Shown here: positions 1 to 9,618 of the stretch, piece after piece
How the letters are laid out: the number at the start of each line of letters is the position of its first letter
How positions within the stretch are numbered: the first letter of the stretch is position 1
Source: Candidatus Cloacimonadota bacterium
Lineage (GTDB): Bacteria; Cloacimonadota; Cloacimonadia; Cloacimonadales; JAFGVF01
Direction of reading: 5' to 3'
DNA: 52,457 bases
Assembly: GCA_016838885.1 (NCBI GenBank)
Contig: JAEKNW010000215.1
Span: 1-52,457, forward strand
Program-made: the position numbers and the translations under genes
Notes under the pieces: generated by a model
Seen by the model: the letters and a program-made list of their open reading frames with translations, nothing else
The model's database searches: none
What the model was told of the DNA's origin: nothing

Positions 1-80
1 GATAGTTTTTGAAAAATAATATAGATTTTTAATATACAATTAATCAAATTGTAGTAGCTTAACGAAAAGCTACAGGAATC

Positions 81-127
81 CTACTGCATTATTTGGGTTA
101 AAGCTCTACTGCACCATTCGGGTTAAA
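81..127. repeat. Two adjacent terminal repeats of an ACCC...GGGT MITE-like family
   Basis: 81-98 is the reverse complement of ACCCAAATAATGCAGTAG (seen at 48341 and 51859); 98-127 is an exact 30-bp match to 52027-52056. Confidence 0.75.
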
Positions 128-159
128 AAGATAGCAAATAATATGAACGGAGTCTTTTA

Positions 160-1239
160 ATGTTGAGTCAAATTGGATTAGCTATTTATGAAGTATATCT
201 GAGTATAGCTCCTTATCTTTTGATAGGGTTAACTTTCGCAGGATTACTACATATCTTTGTAGGGACAGATTTTATAACAAAATATTTAGGGAAAAAGGGT
301 TTTTGGTCTTCGGTCAAAGCTTCTTTATTAGGTGTGCCCATGCCTTTATGTTCGTGTGGAGTAATACCCACAGCTTTTCAACTTAAGAAAAGTGGTGCTT
401 CATCAGGAGCAACTGTATCTTTTCTAATCTCGACACCTCAAACGGGAGTCGATAACATTGTTCCTACTTATGCCATGTTAGGACCAATTTTCGCAATTTT
501 TAAACCTCTCTATGCCTTGTTTTCAGGGATTATTGGAGGAGTAGTAACAGATCTTCTCACTTCTTCACAGGATGAAATGTTACCTTTGGTAGGAGGGTCA
601 TCTTGCACAAGTGGTAGTTCATGTAACTGTCATGAAGATAGCCACAAAGGACATAATCATTCTGCGAAAAAAGCAGGAAAGTTAGCTGAGTTTTTTCATT
701 ATTCATATATTGAATTTCTGGATGATTTAGCACCTCAATTAGTAGTGGGGATAATTTTGGCAGGCTTTATTTCAATAATTCCTAATAATGTATTTGATTA
801 TGTAGCAGGGAACTATTTTCTGCAAATCTTAGTTGTTTTATTAATAGGAATTCCCCTCTATGTTTGCGATACAAGTTCGCTTCCCATAGCATTAGCTCTT
901 TTTGCAAAAGGACTTCTTCCCGGAGCTGTTTTTGTATTTTTGGTAGTTGGTCCTGCCACAAATGTTGCCACAATTACATTAATAGCTCGAAGCATGGGTA
1001 AAAAGATAATTTCTATCTATCTCAGTGTAATAGCGATAACTGGAGTCTTAGGAGGATTACTCATCAATTACATATATAGTTATTTAAATTTTCCAACTCC
1101 GCAAGCTTTAGATTCAGGCCTTGTCCATGAAGATACATCTCTTTGGATCATGGTTTTAACAGTTATTTTCTCAGGCTTTTTTTTACTTTCACTATTTAAA
1201 TATGTTAAATCCAAACTCACAAAACAAATAAAGAGGTAA
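160..1239 (+). CDS. SO_0444/DUF318 (ArsP-like) heavy-metal permease
   Basis: Multi-TM protein with LCSCGVIP and PLYVC motifs, central Cys/His-rich loop (CNCHEDSHKGHNH); adjacent to a metal chaperone. Confidence 0.8.
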   Translation: MLSQIGLAIYEVYLSIAPYLLIGLTFAGLLHIFVGTDFITKYLGKKGFWSSVKASLLGVPMPLCSCGVIPTAFQLKKSGASSGATVSFLISTPQTGVDNIVPTYAMLGPIFAIFKPLYALFSGIIGGVVTDLLTSSQDEMLPLVGGSSCTSGSSCNCHEDSHKGHNHSAKKAGKLAEFFHYSYIEFLDDLAPQLVVGIILAGFISIIPNNVFDYVAGNYFLQILVVLLIGIPLYVCDTSSLPIALALFAKGLLPGAVFVFLVVGPATNVATITLIARSMGKKIISIYLSVIAITGVLGGLLINYIYSYLNFPTPQALDSGLVHEDTSLWIMVLTVIFSGFFLLSLFKYVKSKLTKQIKR

Positions 1240-1241
1240 AA

Positions 1242-1445
1242 ATGATGAAAACTAATACTTATAAGGTACTAAATATGAACTGTAATCACTGTGTTGCTAA
1301 TATTACTAAAGCTCTGAAAGGTCTTCCAGGAGTTGAAGATTTGGCCTTTAATCTTAAGGTTAAGGAAGTTGAAGTTCAGGGAGACATATCTTCAGAAGTC
1401 GTAATAAAAGCTATCGAGGATGCAGGATATGATGTAGAAGTATAG
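1242..1445 (+). CDS. copZ: Heavy-metal-associated (HMA) domain chaperone, CopZ-like
   Basis: 67 aa, MNCNHC (MxCxxC) motif, C-terminal IEDAGY. Confidence 0.85.
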   Translation: MMKTNTYKVLNMNCNHCVANITKALKGLPGVEDLAFNLKVKEVEVQGDISSEVVIKAIEDAGYDVEV

Positions 1446-1448
1446 TCA

Positions 1449-1479
1449 GTTATGCCCGAATACTTCATTCGGGTATAAC
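1449..1479 (+). terminator. Stem-loop after copZ, probable terminator
   Basis: GTTATGCCCGAAT-acttc-ATTCGGGTATAAC, 13-bp stem with one G-U pair; no strong + strand U-tract. Confidence 0.55.
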
Positions 1480-1508
1480 CTGAAAAAACTAATTTATAAA
1501 AATATAAT

Positions 1509-1537
1509 TTGACAGCACTCAAGAAGTTTCAGATAAT
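1509..1537 (+). promoter_or_regulatory. Sigma70-type promoter of the EPS locus
   Basis: TTGACA-17 bp-GATAAT upstream of the 1661 start. Confidence 0.6.
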
Positions 1538-1660
1538 GTAAAAATGAGAGAATAATTGATTAATACAGGTTTTTTAAGAAAAAAATTGTGTTAAATAAAA
1601 AAATCAAATTATATTGAATATTAGATAACAAAATTTCATAATCAATAAACGGGGTGAGCA

Positions 1661-4048
1661 GTGAGAAAAAAGATATTATATATTGATGTGCCCTTTTACG
1701 GAATTCATGGTGGAGACAAGAACAGATCAAATTTTTTATGGCGTATTTTAAAAGAGAATTTCACAGTAGATTTATTACTATTGAAGGATGCAAAATCAAC
1801 AAATTCGATAAATGATCACCATTGTGAGAATAATACCTATTTTTTAGAAGTACTTCCAGCAAAGTTAAGTAAGTCAGAAGCTATTTATGAGTTTTCTAAG
1901 AGTGAGTTAAGTGCCTTTGCTAATATTTTGAGGACTAATCAGTATGATATTATTTTTATGAGGTTTATTTCTCCCGGATTATTAGCTATTGAAGCAAGTA
2001 AAGTTAGCCCTGAAACACAGATAATAGTTGATGTTGATATGTTATTCTCTAGAATAGCAGCTATGAACTGGGCAGATAATCCCCGTTTTAGAAACAAATA
2101 CTTTTATTTTGAGAAGAAAAAGTTAGAGAAATTTGAATCAATTTTCTTCAACCATAATTTTACTTTCTTATTTACCAATGAATTTGAAAGAGATATGATC
2201 CTGAAAAAAATGAAATTGGACCATAGATCGCGATATTTCAAAGTATTACCAAATATGTTCAAGCAAGTAGAAGTTGATCTAGTGCCAAGTCTGGATGAAG
2301 GGAAATACATTCTAATCTTTGGGACAATGAACTCGGTCGCCAATCAAGACGGCTTCAAATTCTTTGTAACTGAGATTTATCCCTACATTCGCTCGGTCTT
2401 AGTAGATTTAGGCATTAAAGTGTTAGTAGTGGGAAAAAATCCTCTAGATTGGCAATATGAGTATCAAGATGATAGTCTTCGCATAGTTGGTCCGGTTGAT
2501 GATATTAACAGCTATATAAAAAACGCACTATTTATCTTCCTACCTCTAAGAATTGCCTCGGGAACAAGAACCAGAATCTTAGAAGCAGCTGCATTGAAAA
2601 AAACAATATTCACTTCCTCAATAGGAGCGGAGGGATTCAACTTTACGCGCCAAGAGATATTTATTGAGGATTCAGCTGAAGAGATTATCCCTAAGCTTAT
2701 TTATCTCTTAAAAAAACCTGACGAATATGCGGACATGGGAGAAAAACTATATACTAAATGTATGCAATTTTATGAAGAGAGCGTAGTAAAAGAACAAGTC
2801 CTAAGCTATGCTCAAGAAACATATAAATATGAAGTAAATGATCGTTCAGGAGAGAAAATGAAAGTTAATGCAGGAAAGAGGATTTGTATCGTTACCAATA
2901 GGTTCTATCCTGAAGTAGGTGGAGCAGAAACTAATATTTATTACCAGGCTAGAATGCTAGCTGAATCAAACGATGTTACTGTTATTTGTCCTCAGAGAAT
3001 AGATAAGCCATATTTAGAAGTGATGGACGGGATAACAGTTTATCGACTTAAAGATTTTTATAATAGAAAAAAAGTTTATCCAAATAAAGCAGCTAAAACT
3101 CTCTGTTTCGATGTTTTTGGTTTGATTTATTTCGGAAATTATGATGTTGTTCAAGTTTTCCCGGCTATTAATCCAAACAATATGATTGCTTTCTTTGCAG
3201 CCAAGCTTTCTAAGACTCCAATAATTTTAGCATCTTTTGATTATTTGGACTATGCCTCTATAATCAAAAAAGAGGGAACTATTAATCCTAATGTGCTGAG
3301 ATTCCATAAACCAAATGCTAAACATGTCTATTTCTTGAAGAGGTTTGACTATATCTTTGCAATTTCAAATAAGGAAATTGAGTTTTATAAAAAATATAAT
3401 AAAAATGTTGAATATTCACCTGTTCCTATTCTCTTGGATGAATATAAGGGTGATAAACCAAATCCGCGGCAAAAATATGGTATAGCTAATTCGGATTTTG
3501 TCTATTTAGTATTGGGCAGAATTTGTAATGTTAAAGGACAAGATATAGCATTAAGAGCATTTAATCAGGTAAGTAAAGAGATTCCTAAAGCAAAATTAGT
3601 ATTTGTTGGAAGATTCGATTACGAACCAGACTTTTATGATGAGATGCAGAAATATATGAGAAAGAATGATTTGTGCGAAAGGGTTGTATTCACTGGGATG
3701 GTTGAAAGAGAAGAGGTTTTAGGTTGGCTTAAATATGCTGATATTCATGTAATCCCTGTTAGATTTATGAATTCGGGAGCTGTTGTAGTTGAATCATGGA
3801 TTAGTGAGACACCGGTGATCCAGAGTGATGTAGTTGATCCGAACCTCGTTGTTGAAGGCGAGAATGGTTATCTCTTCCCACGTGAAGATTCGAAAACTTG
3901 TGCTGTTAAGATGATAAAAGCCTATAATGAAAGAGCTTTATTGGGGCAATTTGCTCAGAAAGGTAAAGAATTGGTTGAGAAAAAATATACATATCAATAC
4001 TTAACTAATCTATATCTTCGGGTATATGATAGTTTAAAAAAGAGATAG
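1661..4048 (+). CDS. Tandem (double) GT4 family glycosyltransferase
   Basis: Two GT-B modules: PLRIASGTRTRILEAAA in the first; RFYPEVGGAE and GAVVVESW in the second. Confidence 0.85.
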   Translation: MRKKILYIDVPFYGIHGGDKNRSNFLWRILKENFTVDLLLLKDAKSTNSINDHHCENNTYFLEVLPAKLSKSEAIYEFSKSELSAFANILRTNQYDIIFMRFISPGLLAIEASKVSPETQIIVDVDMLFSRIAAMNWADNPRFRNKYFYFEKKKLEKFESIFFNHNFTFLFTNEFERDMILKKMKLDHRSRYFKVLPNMFKQVEVDLVPSLDEGKYILIFGTMNSVANQDGFKFFVTEIYPYIRSVLVDLGIKVLVVGKNPLDWQYEYQDDSLRIVGPVDDINSYIKNALFIFLPLRIASGTRTRILEAAALKKTIFTSSIGAEGFNFTRQEIFIEDSAEEIIPKLIYLLKKPDEYADMGEKLYTKCMQFYEESVVKEQVLSYAQETYKYEVNDRSGEKMKVNAGKRICIVTNRFYPEVGGAETNIYYQARMLAESNDVTVICPQRIDKPYLEVMDGITVYRLKDFYNRKKVYPNKAAKTLCFDVFGLIYFGNYDVVQVFPAINPNNMIAFFAAKLSKTPIILASFDYLDYASIIKKEGTINPNVLRFHKPNAKHVYFLKRFDYIFAISNKEIEFYKKYNKNVEYSPVPILLDEYKGDKPNPRQKYGIANSDFVYLVLGRICNVKGQDIALRAFNQVSKEIPKAKLVFVGRFDYEPDFYDEMQKYMRKNDLCERVVFTGMVEREEVLGWLKYADIHVIPVRFMNSGAVVVESWISETPVIQSDVVDPNLVVEGENGYLFPREDSKTCAVKMIKAYNERALLGQFAQKGKELVEKKYTYQYLTNLYLRVYDSLKKR

Positions 4049-4051
4049 TCA

Positions 4052-5224
4052 ATGAGAGCTTTAATCTACCACTCACTATACGGCTATGTTGGTGGGATAG
4101 AAAGATATATCCATAAAGTTGGTTCTTTATTCAAGAAAGAGGGATGGACTCTCTATGGCCTTTTTGAGTCCAGAGTCGATAATGTTGGAGATTTTGGTGA
4201 TATCTATAAAGATATTTATTTTGGGAATGAGAACAACTTAGATGATTTAATAAAGGAATTTTTTAGCTTAGAGATAGAGGTAGTTTTTATTCACAAAAGC
4301 AACAATATTAATATATTATCTGCTTTAAATAAGAATTTCTATACTATTAGCACAATTCACGACCATGATTATTATTGCTTTCGTAAGCATAAATACTTTC
4401 CCCTAAAAAGAATAAACTGCCCGCTACCAATGAACAGAATCTACTGTTCAATATGTTCCTTATTACTAAAAAGAGACAGTTCAAAGGCCTTAGGATTTTC
4501 TCTAATTAAGGCTCACGAAAAAATTGAATTGACTGAAGAGATTAAAGATGCCGATGCTACCATTGTATTATCTAAGTATATGATGAGAAATCTTGATCTC
4601 AATCGCTGGGATATGGATACGGTTTATAGAATTTATCCAATCCATCAAGTTACCCATACTGTTGATTATTTTCCACAAAAGACCTATCAGGCAAACTATC
4701 TTTTTGTCGGTCAACTAATCCGTGGAAAGGGGGTTGATATCCTAATTGAAGCCTGTCGGATCTTGAAACATGACTACTCTTTAAAGATCGTAGGAACCGG
4801 TAATGATTATGATTATATCAAAAAATTAATCGGCATGTATGGTCTGAATAGCAAAATTGAACTGGTTGGGTGGGTAGATGATGTAGAAAGATACTACTCA
4901 GAAGCAGACTTGGTAATAGTTCCCTCGCGTTGGCAAGAGCCTTTTGGCTTGATAGGAATAGAATCATTTAGTAGATGCGTACCTGTGGTCGGATTTGACG
5001 TGGGGGGAATATCAGAGTGGTTGCACCATGAAGAGAATGGTTATTTAGTAAGTAAAAAAAATAGCCAAGGTTTAGCAGAAGCTTTAGAATATCTGGACAA
5101 AAATTACCAACTCTTAGATAAATGGGGTAGAGCCGGTTATGACTATGTTAAAGAAAACTACTGTGAATCATGTTTCTTGCAATCCATTAAAAATATTCTA
5201 AACCAAGCAAAGGCTAAATTCTGA
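4052..5224 (+). CDS. GT4 family glycosyltransferase
   Basis: GGIERY N-terminus, FVGQLIRGKG, PSRWQEPFGLIGIE (EX7E). Confidence 0.9.
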   Translation: MRALIYHSLYGYVGGIERYIHKVGSLFKKEGWTLYGLFESRVDNVGDFGDIYKDIYFGNENNLDDLIKEFFSLEIEVVFIHKSNNINILSALNKNFYTISTIHDHDYYCFRKHKYFPLKRINCPLPMNRIYCSICSLLLKRDSSKALGFSLIKAHEKIELTEEIKDADATIVLSKYMMRNLDLNRWDMDTVYRIYPIHQVTHTVDYFPQKTYQANYLFVGQLIRGKGVDILIEACRILKHDYSLKIVGTGNDYDYIKKLIGMYGLNSKIELVGWVDDVERYYSEADLVIVPSRWQEPFGLIGIESFSRCVPVVGFDVGGISEWLHHEENGYLVSKKNSQGLAEALEYLDKNYQLLDKWGRAGYDYVKENYCESCFLQSIKNILNQAKAKF

Positions 5225-6522
5225 TGACTGAACTAGAGTATAAAGAGATAATTCTCAATAAATTCAAAAAGCAAAAAGCAATAGTAAATTGGTTTAAGTT
5301 GGCTATTGGTAAATTTTTTCAGCTTATTTTTATTCTCCTGATTATGCTCCTTTTTACAATTCCCATTTTTCTTATTTTATGCTTTAGAAAGATGTTTTTA
5401 GGCATTCCTATGTTCTCCTCAAGCACTATTCTTGGCCATAACTCAAAAATCATAAAAATAACTACTTTTAACCTTAAAGGGCATCTTTTAAAGCACTTCT
5501 CCCTAATCTACCAACTTCTAATTGGTCAGATTCATTTTGTCGGGAATAGTTTTTTGTCTGATGAGCTAGAGTCAGATGAAAATATTTTACTCATAAGCAA
5601 ATTTGGTTATCCGGGGATATTTAATCTTTGGTTTATCAGAGAAAGCACTAAAATAGCTCATGAAGGACTCATAGTTACTGAACTGGAATATCTGGCGACT
5701 AAGAGCTTCAAACGGGATTTATCGCTAATTATCAAAACATTTCCAGCCCTCTTATTCAGAAGTTCTGAACAGTCTTACCAAGAAAAATTAGAAATATTTG
5801 ATCTGGAATTTGATAATATTTCGATGAAAGAGGGGCTGACCTTAATAGAAAATACTATTGATTCTGATAAAAAAAAGAAATTCTTTTTTGTCAATCCTGA
5901 TTGTATGAATAAATTATATAAAGATGACCAGTATTTTTCTATCTTAGAAAAAGCTGACTATATCTTCCCCGATGGAATAGGGATAAGTATTGCCTGCAAT
6001 ATTTTAAAGACTCCTCTTCTGGAGAATGTAAATGGGACTGATATGCTTCCCTTTCTGTGCGAAATGAGTGAGAAAAAGAATTATTCCTTATTTCTTTTTG
6101 GAGCAAAACCGGGAGTTGCAGAAAAAATGAAAAAAAAGCTTGAAGAAAAATATACTAATCTTAACATTGTAGGAATAAGAAGTGGCTACTTCGATTGGGA
6201 TCGTGACAGTTCCTCTATTGTTCAAGAAATTAATGATTCTCAAGCCACTATTCTCTTGGTTGCTTTCGGAGTTCCACTCCAAGAAAAATGGATAAGCGAA
6301 AATTTTGCTAAATTAAAGCCAAACGTGTTAATGGGAGTAGGAGGTTTATTTGATTTCTACTCCGGTCAAATGAAAAGAGCCCCTAAATGGATGAGAGAAA
6401 TTGGAATGGAGTGGTTCTTTAGATTAATTAAAGAACCAAAACGGATGTGGAAACGATATATTATAGGTAACCCACTCTTTATCTATCGCGTTTATAAATG
6501 GAAGAAGAAAAAAAATAGGTGA
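5224..6522 (+). CDS. WecB/TagA/CpsF glycosyltransferase with N-terminal degenerate sugar-transferase domain
   Basis: FVNPD, PDGIG, NGTD, GVPLQEKW, GVGGLFDF, RAPKWM..GMEW..RL motifs; N-terminal ~180 aa resembles a phosphoglycosyltransferase domain. Confidence 0.88.
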   Translation: MTELEYKEIILNKFKKQKAIVNWFKLAIGKFFQLIFILLIMLLFTIPIFLILCFRKMFLGIPMFSSSTILGHNSKIIKITTFNLKGHLLKHFSLIYQLLIGQIHFVGNSFLSDELESDENILLISKFGYPGIFNLWFIRESTKIAHEGLIVTELEYLATKSFKRDLSLIIKTFPALLFRSSEQSYQEKLEIFDLEFDNISMKEGLTLIENTIDSDKKKKFFFVNPDCMNKLYKDDQYFSILEKADYIFPDGIGISIACNILKTPLLENVNGTDMLPFLCEMSEKKNYSLFLFGAKPGVAEKMKKKLEEKYTNLNIVGIRSGYFDWDRDSSSIVQEINDSQATILLVAFGVPLQEKWISENFAKLKPNVLMGVGGLFDFYSGQMKRAPKWMREIGMEWFFRLIKEPKRMWKRYIIGNPLFIYRVYKWKKKKNR

Positions 6523-6526
6523 TATC

Positions 6527-7240
6527 ATGGATAAAAGAATCAGAGACCAAAGAATAGAAAGATTGATGAAAATGACACAGAAGAAAAACAAGTCATCAAT
6601 CTCCTTTAAAATAGCCTTGTGGGACTACACTATTAAATCAGTTATTATGTTTAAGAAATTCTTAGATGTGATAGCTTCTTTAATCTTAATCATTTTACTA
6701 TCACCCCTCTTTGTAATTACTGCAATTTTAATCTATCTTGAAGACCCGGGACCTGTCTTTTATATTGCCCCAAGAGTAGGTAAAGATGGAAAGCATTTTG
6801 GCTTTATAAAATTTAGATCAATGGTGATGAATGCAGATAAAATTAAAGACCAGTTATTGGATCAAAATGAATCTAAAGCCGGGGTTATCTTCAAAATGAA
6901 AAGAGATCCAAGAGTAACTAAAACAGGTAGATTTATTAGAAGATTTAGTATTGATGAACTTCCACAGCTTTTCAATGTCCTTAAAGGAGATATGAGCTTG
7001 GTTGGCCCTAGACCTCCTCTACCCCGTGAAGTTGCAGAATATACTCTTTTGGATAGGAAAAGATTGCACGTAATGCCAGGCATAACATGTCTCTGGCAAG
7101 TAAAAGGTAGAAGTGATATTCCCTTTGATGAACAGGTGGAACTGGATATGCAGTACATCAAATCAAGTAGTTTTTGGAAAGATATAAAGATTTTGTTAAT
7201 GACTATTCCTGCTGTGATTAGTGGGAAAGGTGCTTATTAA
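6527..7240 (+). CDS. Priming phosphoglycosyltransferase (bacterial sugar transferase)
   Basis: KFRSM, DPRVT, SIDELPQLFNVLKGDMSLVGPRP, PGITCLWQV. Confidence 0.93.
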   Translation: MDKRIRDQRIERLMKMTQKKNKSSISFKIALWDYTIKSVIMFKKFLDVIASLILIILLSPLFVITAILIYLEDPGPVFYIAPRVGKDGKHFGFIKFRSMVMNADKIKDQLLDQNESKAGVIFKMKRDPRVTKTGRFIRRFSIDELPQLFNVLKGDMSLVGPRPPLPREVAEYTLLDRKRLHVMPGITCLWQVKGRSDIPFDEQVELDMQYIKSSSFWKDIKILLMTIPAVISGKGAY

Positions 7241-7260
7241 ATAAATAAACTGGAGGAACA

Positions 7261-7599
7261 ATGGAGTTAAGTTTTGAACTGAGAGAAAATGTTGGTGTAC
7301 TTAAAGTTAGTGGTAGATTGGATGCATATAATTCGACTGAATTCAAAGAGAGTTTTACCAAATATACCGAGCAAACGGTTAATTTCGTGCTTGATTTAAG
7401 TAATTTAGACTTCTTAGATAGTACTGGTTTAGGTAGTTTAGTTGCCTGCTTAAAAGCAATATCAGAAAAAGATGGCGATATTAGAATTGCAAATATGTCT
7501 GAAAAGCCACGCATGGTCTTCGAAATAACTAGAGCTTATAAAATCTTCGAAATATTTGATGATGTAGATGTTGCTATAATGAGCTATGAGGCTGACTAA
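7261..7599 (+). CDS. STAS-domain anti-sigma factor antagonist (SpoIIAA/SypA-like)
   Basis: GRLDA and FLDSTGLGSL with the conserved phosphorylatable Ser; GGAGG RBS. Confidence 0.9.
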   Translation: MELSFELRENVGVLKVSGRLDAYNSTEFKESFTKYTEQTVNFVLDLSNLDFLDSTGLGSLVACLKAISEKDGDIRIANMSEKPRMVFEITRAYKIFEIFDDVDVAIMSYEAD

Positions 7600-7612
7600 C
7601 CCCGAGGTTTAA

Positions 7613-9001
7613 ATGAAATGCCTAATTTACACCCGCGTTGAAGATATGACATGGAAAGAGGAGTGTTTTCATAAGACAAACCCCTACCTCTTGAAAATAG
7701 TCAATAAGCCTCATTTAGAGTATTTTATTGACTTCTGTTCCACTTTGCAGATTAACGAGATTAGAATTGTTAGCAACAATGCAACTAATGATTTGAGTGA
7801 TTACTTCAAAGAAGGGAAAAAATGGGGTGTCGAAATTAGTTATAATATTGCTAGACCAGAAGATACTCTGAAAAGAGTTCTGCTCAAAAACTTCTCCTTC
7901 TGCAAGGATGATGATGTATTAATTATCTCTGATTACTTCTTTTTAGAACATGATATCAAACTTCTCAAAGAAAAAAGTGAGGAGATTATTCAATTCATTG
8001 CATCACATAAAAGTAAATATCTTCAAATTCTAACCAAAGGGGCATCTGTAAAAGAAATCGAAGAGGAAGAGGATTTTCCAGAGAACCCCTATATGTCTGT
8101 TAAACTAATCACTAGTGTTATGGATTATTACAATCTCTCGATGGATATTCTCAGTAATCGATGCTGTAACTATGTTCTACCCGGTTATAGCTCAGAACCA
8201 CGTACCTACCTCGGGATGAATGTCTCATATCCAAAATCAGCAACTATCGATACACCTGTTATGATTGGTAATAATGTGAGACTAGGGGAGATGGTCGGGA
8301 TTGGTAAAAATAGCATTATTGGCGATAATATTATCATCGAGTCTTTGACTAATATCTCCAATAGTATTATTTATAGTGACTCTTTTGTTGGGAGTGATCT
8401 CGAAATTGATAACAAAATTATCTATCATAACAAGTTGATTTCTGGGAAAACCGGGCAAGTAATAATTATGAGTGATGATTACCTAATCTCCAGCATCAGT
8501 AAAGAGAAAGAGATTGGAAAAGTTCAAAAAAGTATCCATTTCATCATAGCTTTTATCCAAATTATCATTCAAACTATTCCCTTCCTACTAGTTATACCAT
8601 TCCTGTATTTTATCCATAGGAAATATAACCTCACCCAAATTTACTACCTTGCTAAAGATAAGAAGATTAAAAGGATGTTTAGTGTTGATAATGCTCGAAA
8701 ACATCCATTTATTAAGTTAATCAAGAAATTCTCATTAGATAAATATCCCTATCTTTTCTATGTGATTAGCGGGAAAATGCTACTTGTGGGTAATAAACTT
8801 TTTACTATGACTCGCCGACATAAAGAGATAATTACCAATTTACCATGCTACCAGCCGGGAGTTTATAGCTATTGGGAAAGTTTAAATCAAGGGTTTAGTT
8901 CTGAAGAAGAGATTCATGAACTATACTATATTAATAACAACAATTTTTGGAGTAATCTCTATATCTACTGCAAAATCAACTTCTTAAGGTTATTCTGGTA
9001 A
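7613..9001 (+). CDS. NDP-sugar pyrophosphorylase-like protein (degenerate NTP-transferase + left-handed beta-helix + degenerate sugar-transferase C-terminus)
   Basis: LLKIVNKP, GKKWGVEISY, hexapeptide repeats PVMIGNNVRLG..IGKNSIIGDNIII; lacks the GxGTR motif. Confidence 0.65.
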   Translation: MKCLIYTRVEDMTWKEECFHKTNPYLLKIVNKPHLEYFIDFCSTLQINEIRIVSNNATNDLSDYFKEGKKWGVEISYNIARPEDTLKRVLLKNFSFCKDDDVLIISDYFFLEHDIKLLKEKSEEIIQFIASHKSKYLQILTKGASVKEIEEEEDFPENPYMSVKLITSVMDYYNLSMDILSNRCCNYVLPGYSSEPRTYLGMNVSYPKSATIDTPVMIGNNVRLGEMVGIGKNSIIGDNIIIESLTNISNSIIYSDSFVGSDLEIDNKIIYHNKLISGKTGQVIIMSDDYLISSISKEKEIGKVQKSIHFIIAFIQIIIQTIPFLLVIPFLYFIHRKYNLTQIYYLAKDKKIKRMFSVDNARKHPFIKLIKKFSLDKYPYLFYVISGKMLLVGNKLFTMTRRHKEIITNLPCYQPGVYSYWESLNQGFSSEEEIHELYYINNNNFWSNLYIYCKINFLRLFW

Positions 9002-9006
9002 AGCCT

Positions 9007-9615
9007 ATGCACCTAATTCTAATTGGCGGAGGAACTAGTTCAGGTAAGACTACGATTGCAAAGCAGATTACTAGTCAGTTGAACAATCAAAATGTCTATA
9101 CCTTCTCTCACGATAATTACTACTATGATTTAGCGAATTTATCTCCTAAGGAGATTAAAAAGATTAATTTTGATCATCCGGATGCTATAGACAGCTCAAG
9201 GCTAATCTCCGATGTGAAAGATATTTTGAATAAGCAAGAGATTTATATTCCTGATTATGACTTTATATCTCATCGTCGTATTCAAGGTGAGTTTATCCAT
9301 AATCGTTACGATGTCATTATCCTAGAAGGGATATTCGCACTGTACTTCCCTGAGTTGGTTAAACTAGCTTCACTTAAAGTTTTCGTGGATACTGACGCAG
9401 ACTTAAGGCTTGCTCGAAGAATTGACAGAGATATTAACGAAAGAGGATTTACTATCAATGAAGTGCTAACTCAATATATCGAAACTGTCAAACCGATGCA
9501 TGATATTTTTATCGAAGGGACTAAAAAACAAGCTGATATCATTATACCCGGAGAGAAAAAGTTTGATCGCGTTCTAATCATGATTAATGGCTACTTAAAG
9601 GAATTATTAGGATAA
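9007..9615 (+). CDS. udk: Uridine kinase
   Basis: GGGTSSGKTT P-loop, HDNYY, NFDHPDA, VIILEGIF, RLARRIDRD, ADIIIP. Confidence 0.92.
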   Translation: MHLILIGGGTSSGKTTIAKQITSQLNNQNVYTFSHDNYYYDLANLSPKEIKKINFDHPDAIDSSRLISDVKDILNKQEIYIPDYDFISHRRIQGEFIHNRYDVIILEGIFALYFPELVKLASLKVFVDTDADLRLARRIDRDINERGFTINEVLTQYIETVKPMHDIFIEGTKKQADIIIPGEKKFDRVLIMINGYLKELLG

Positions 9616-9618
9616 ATT

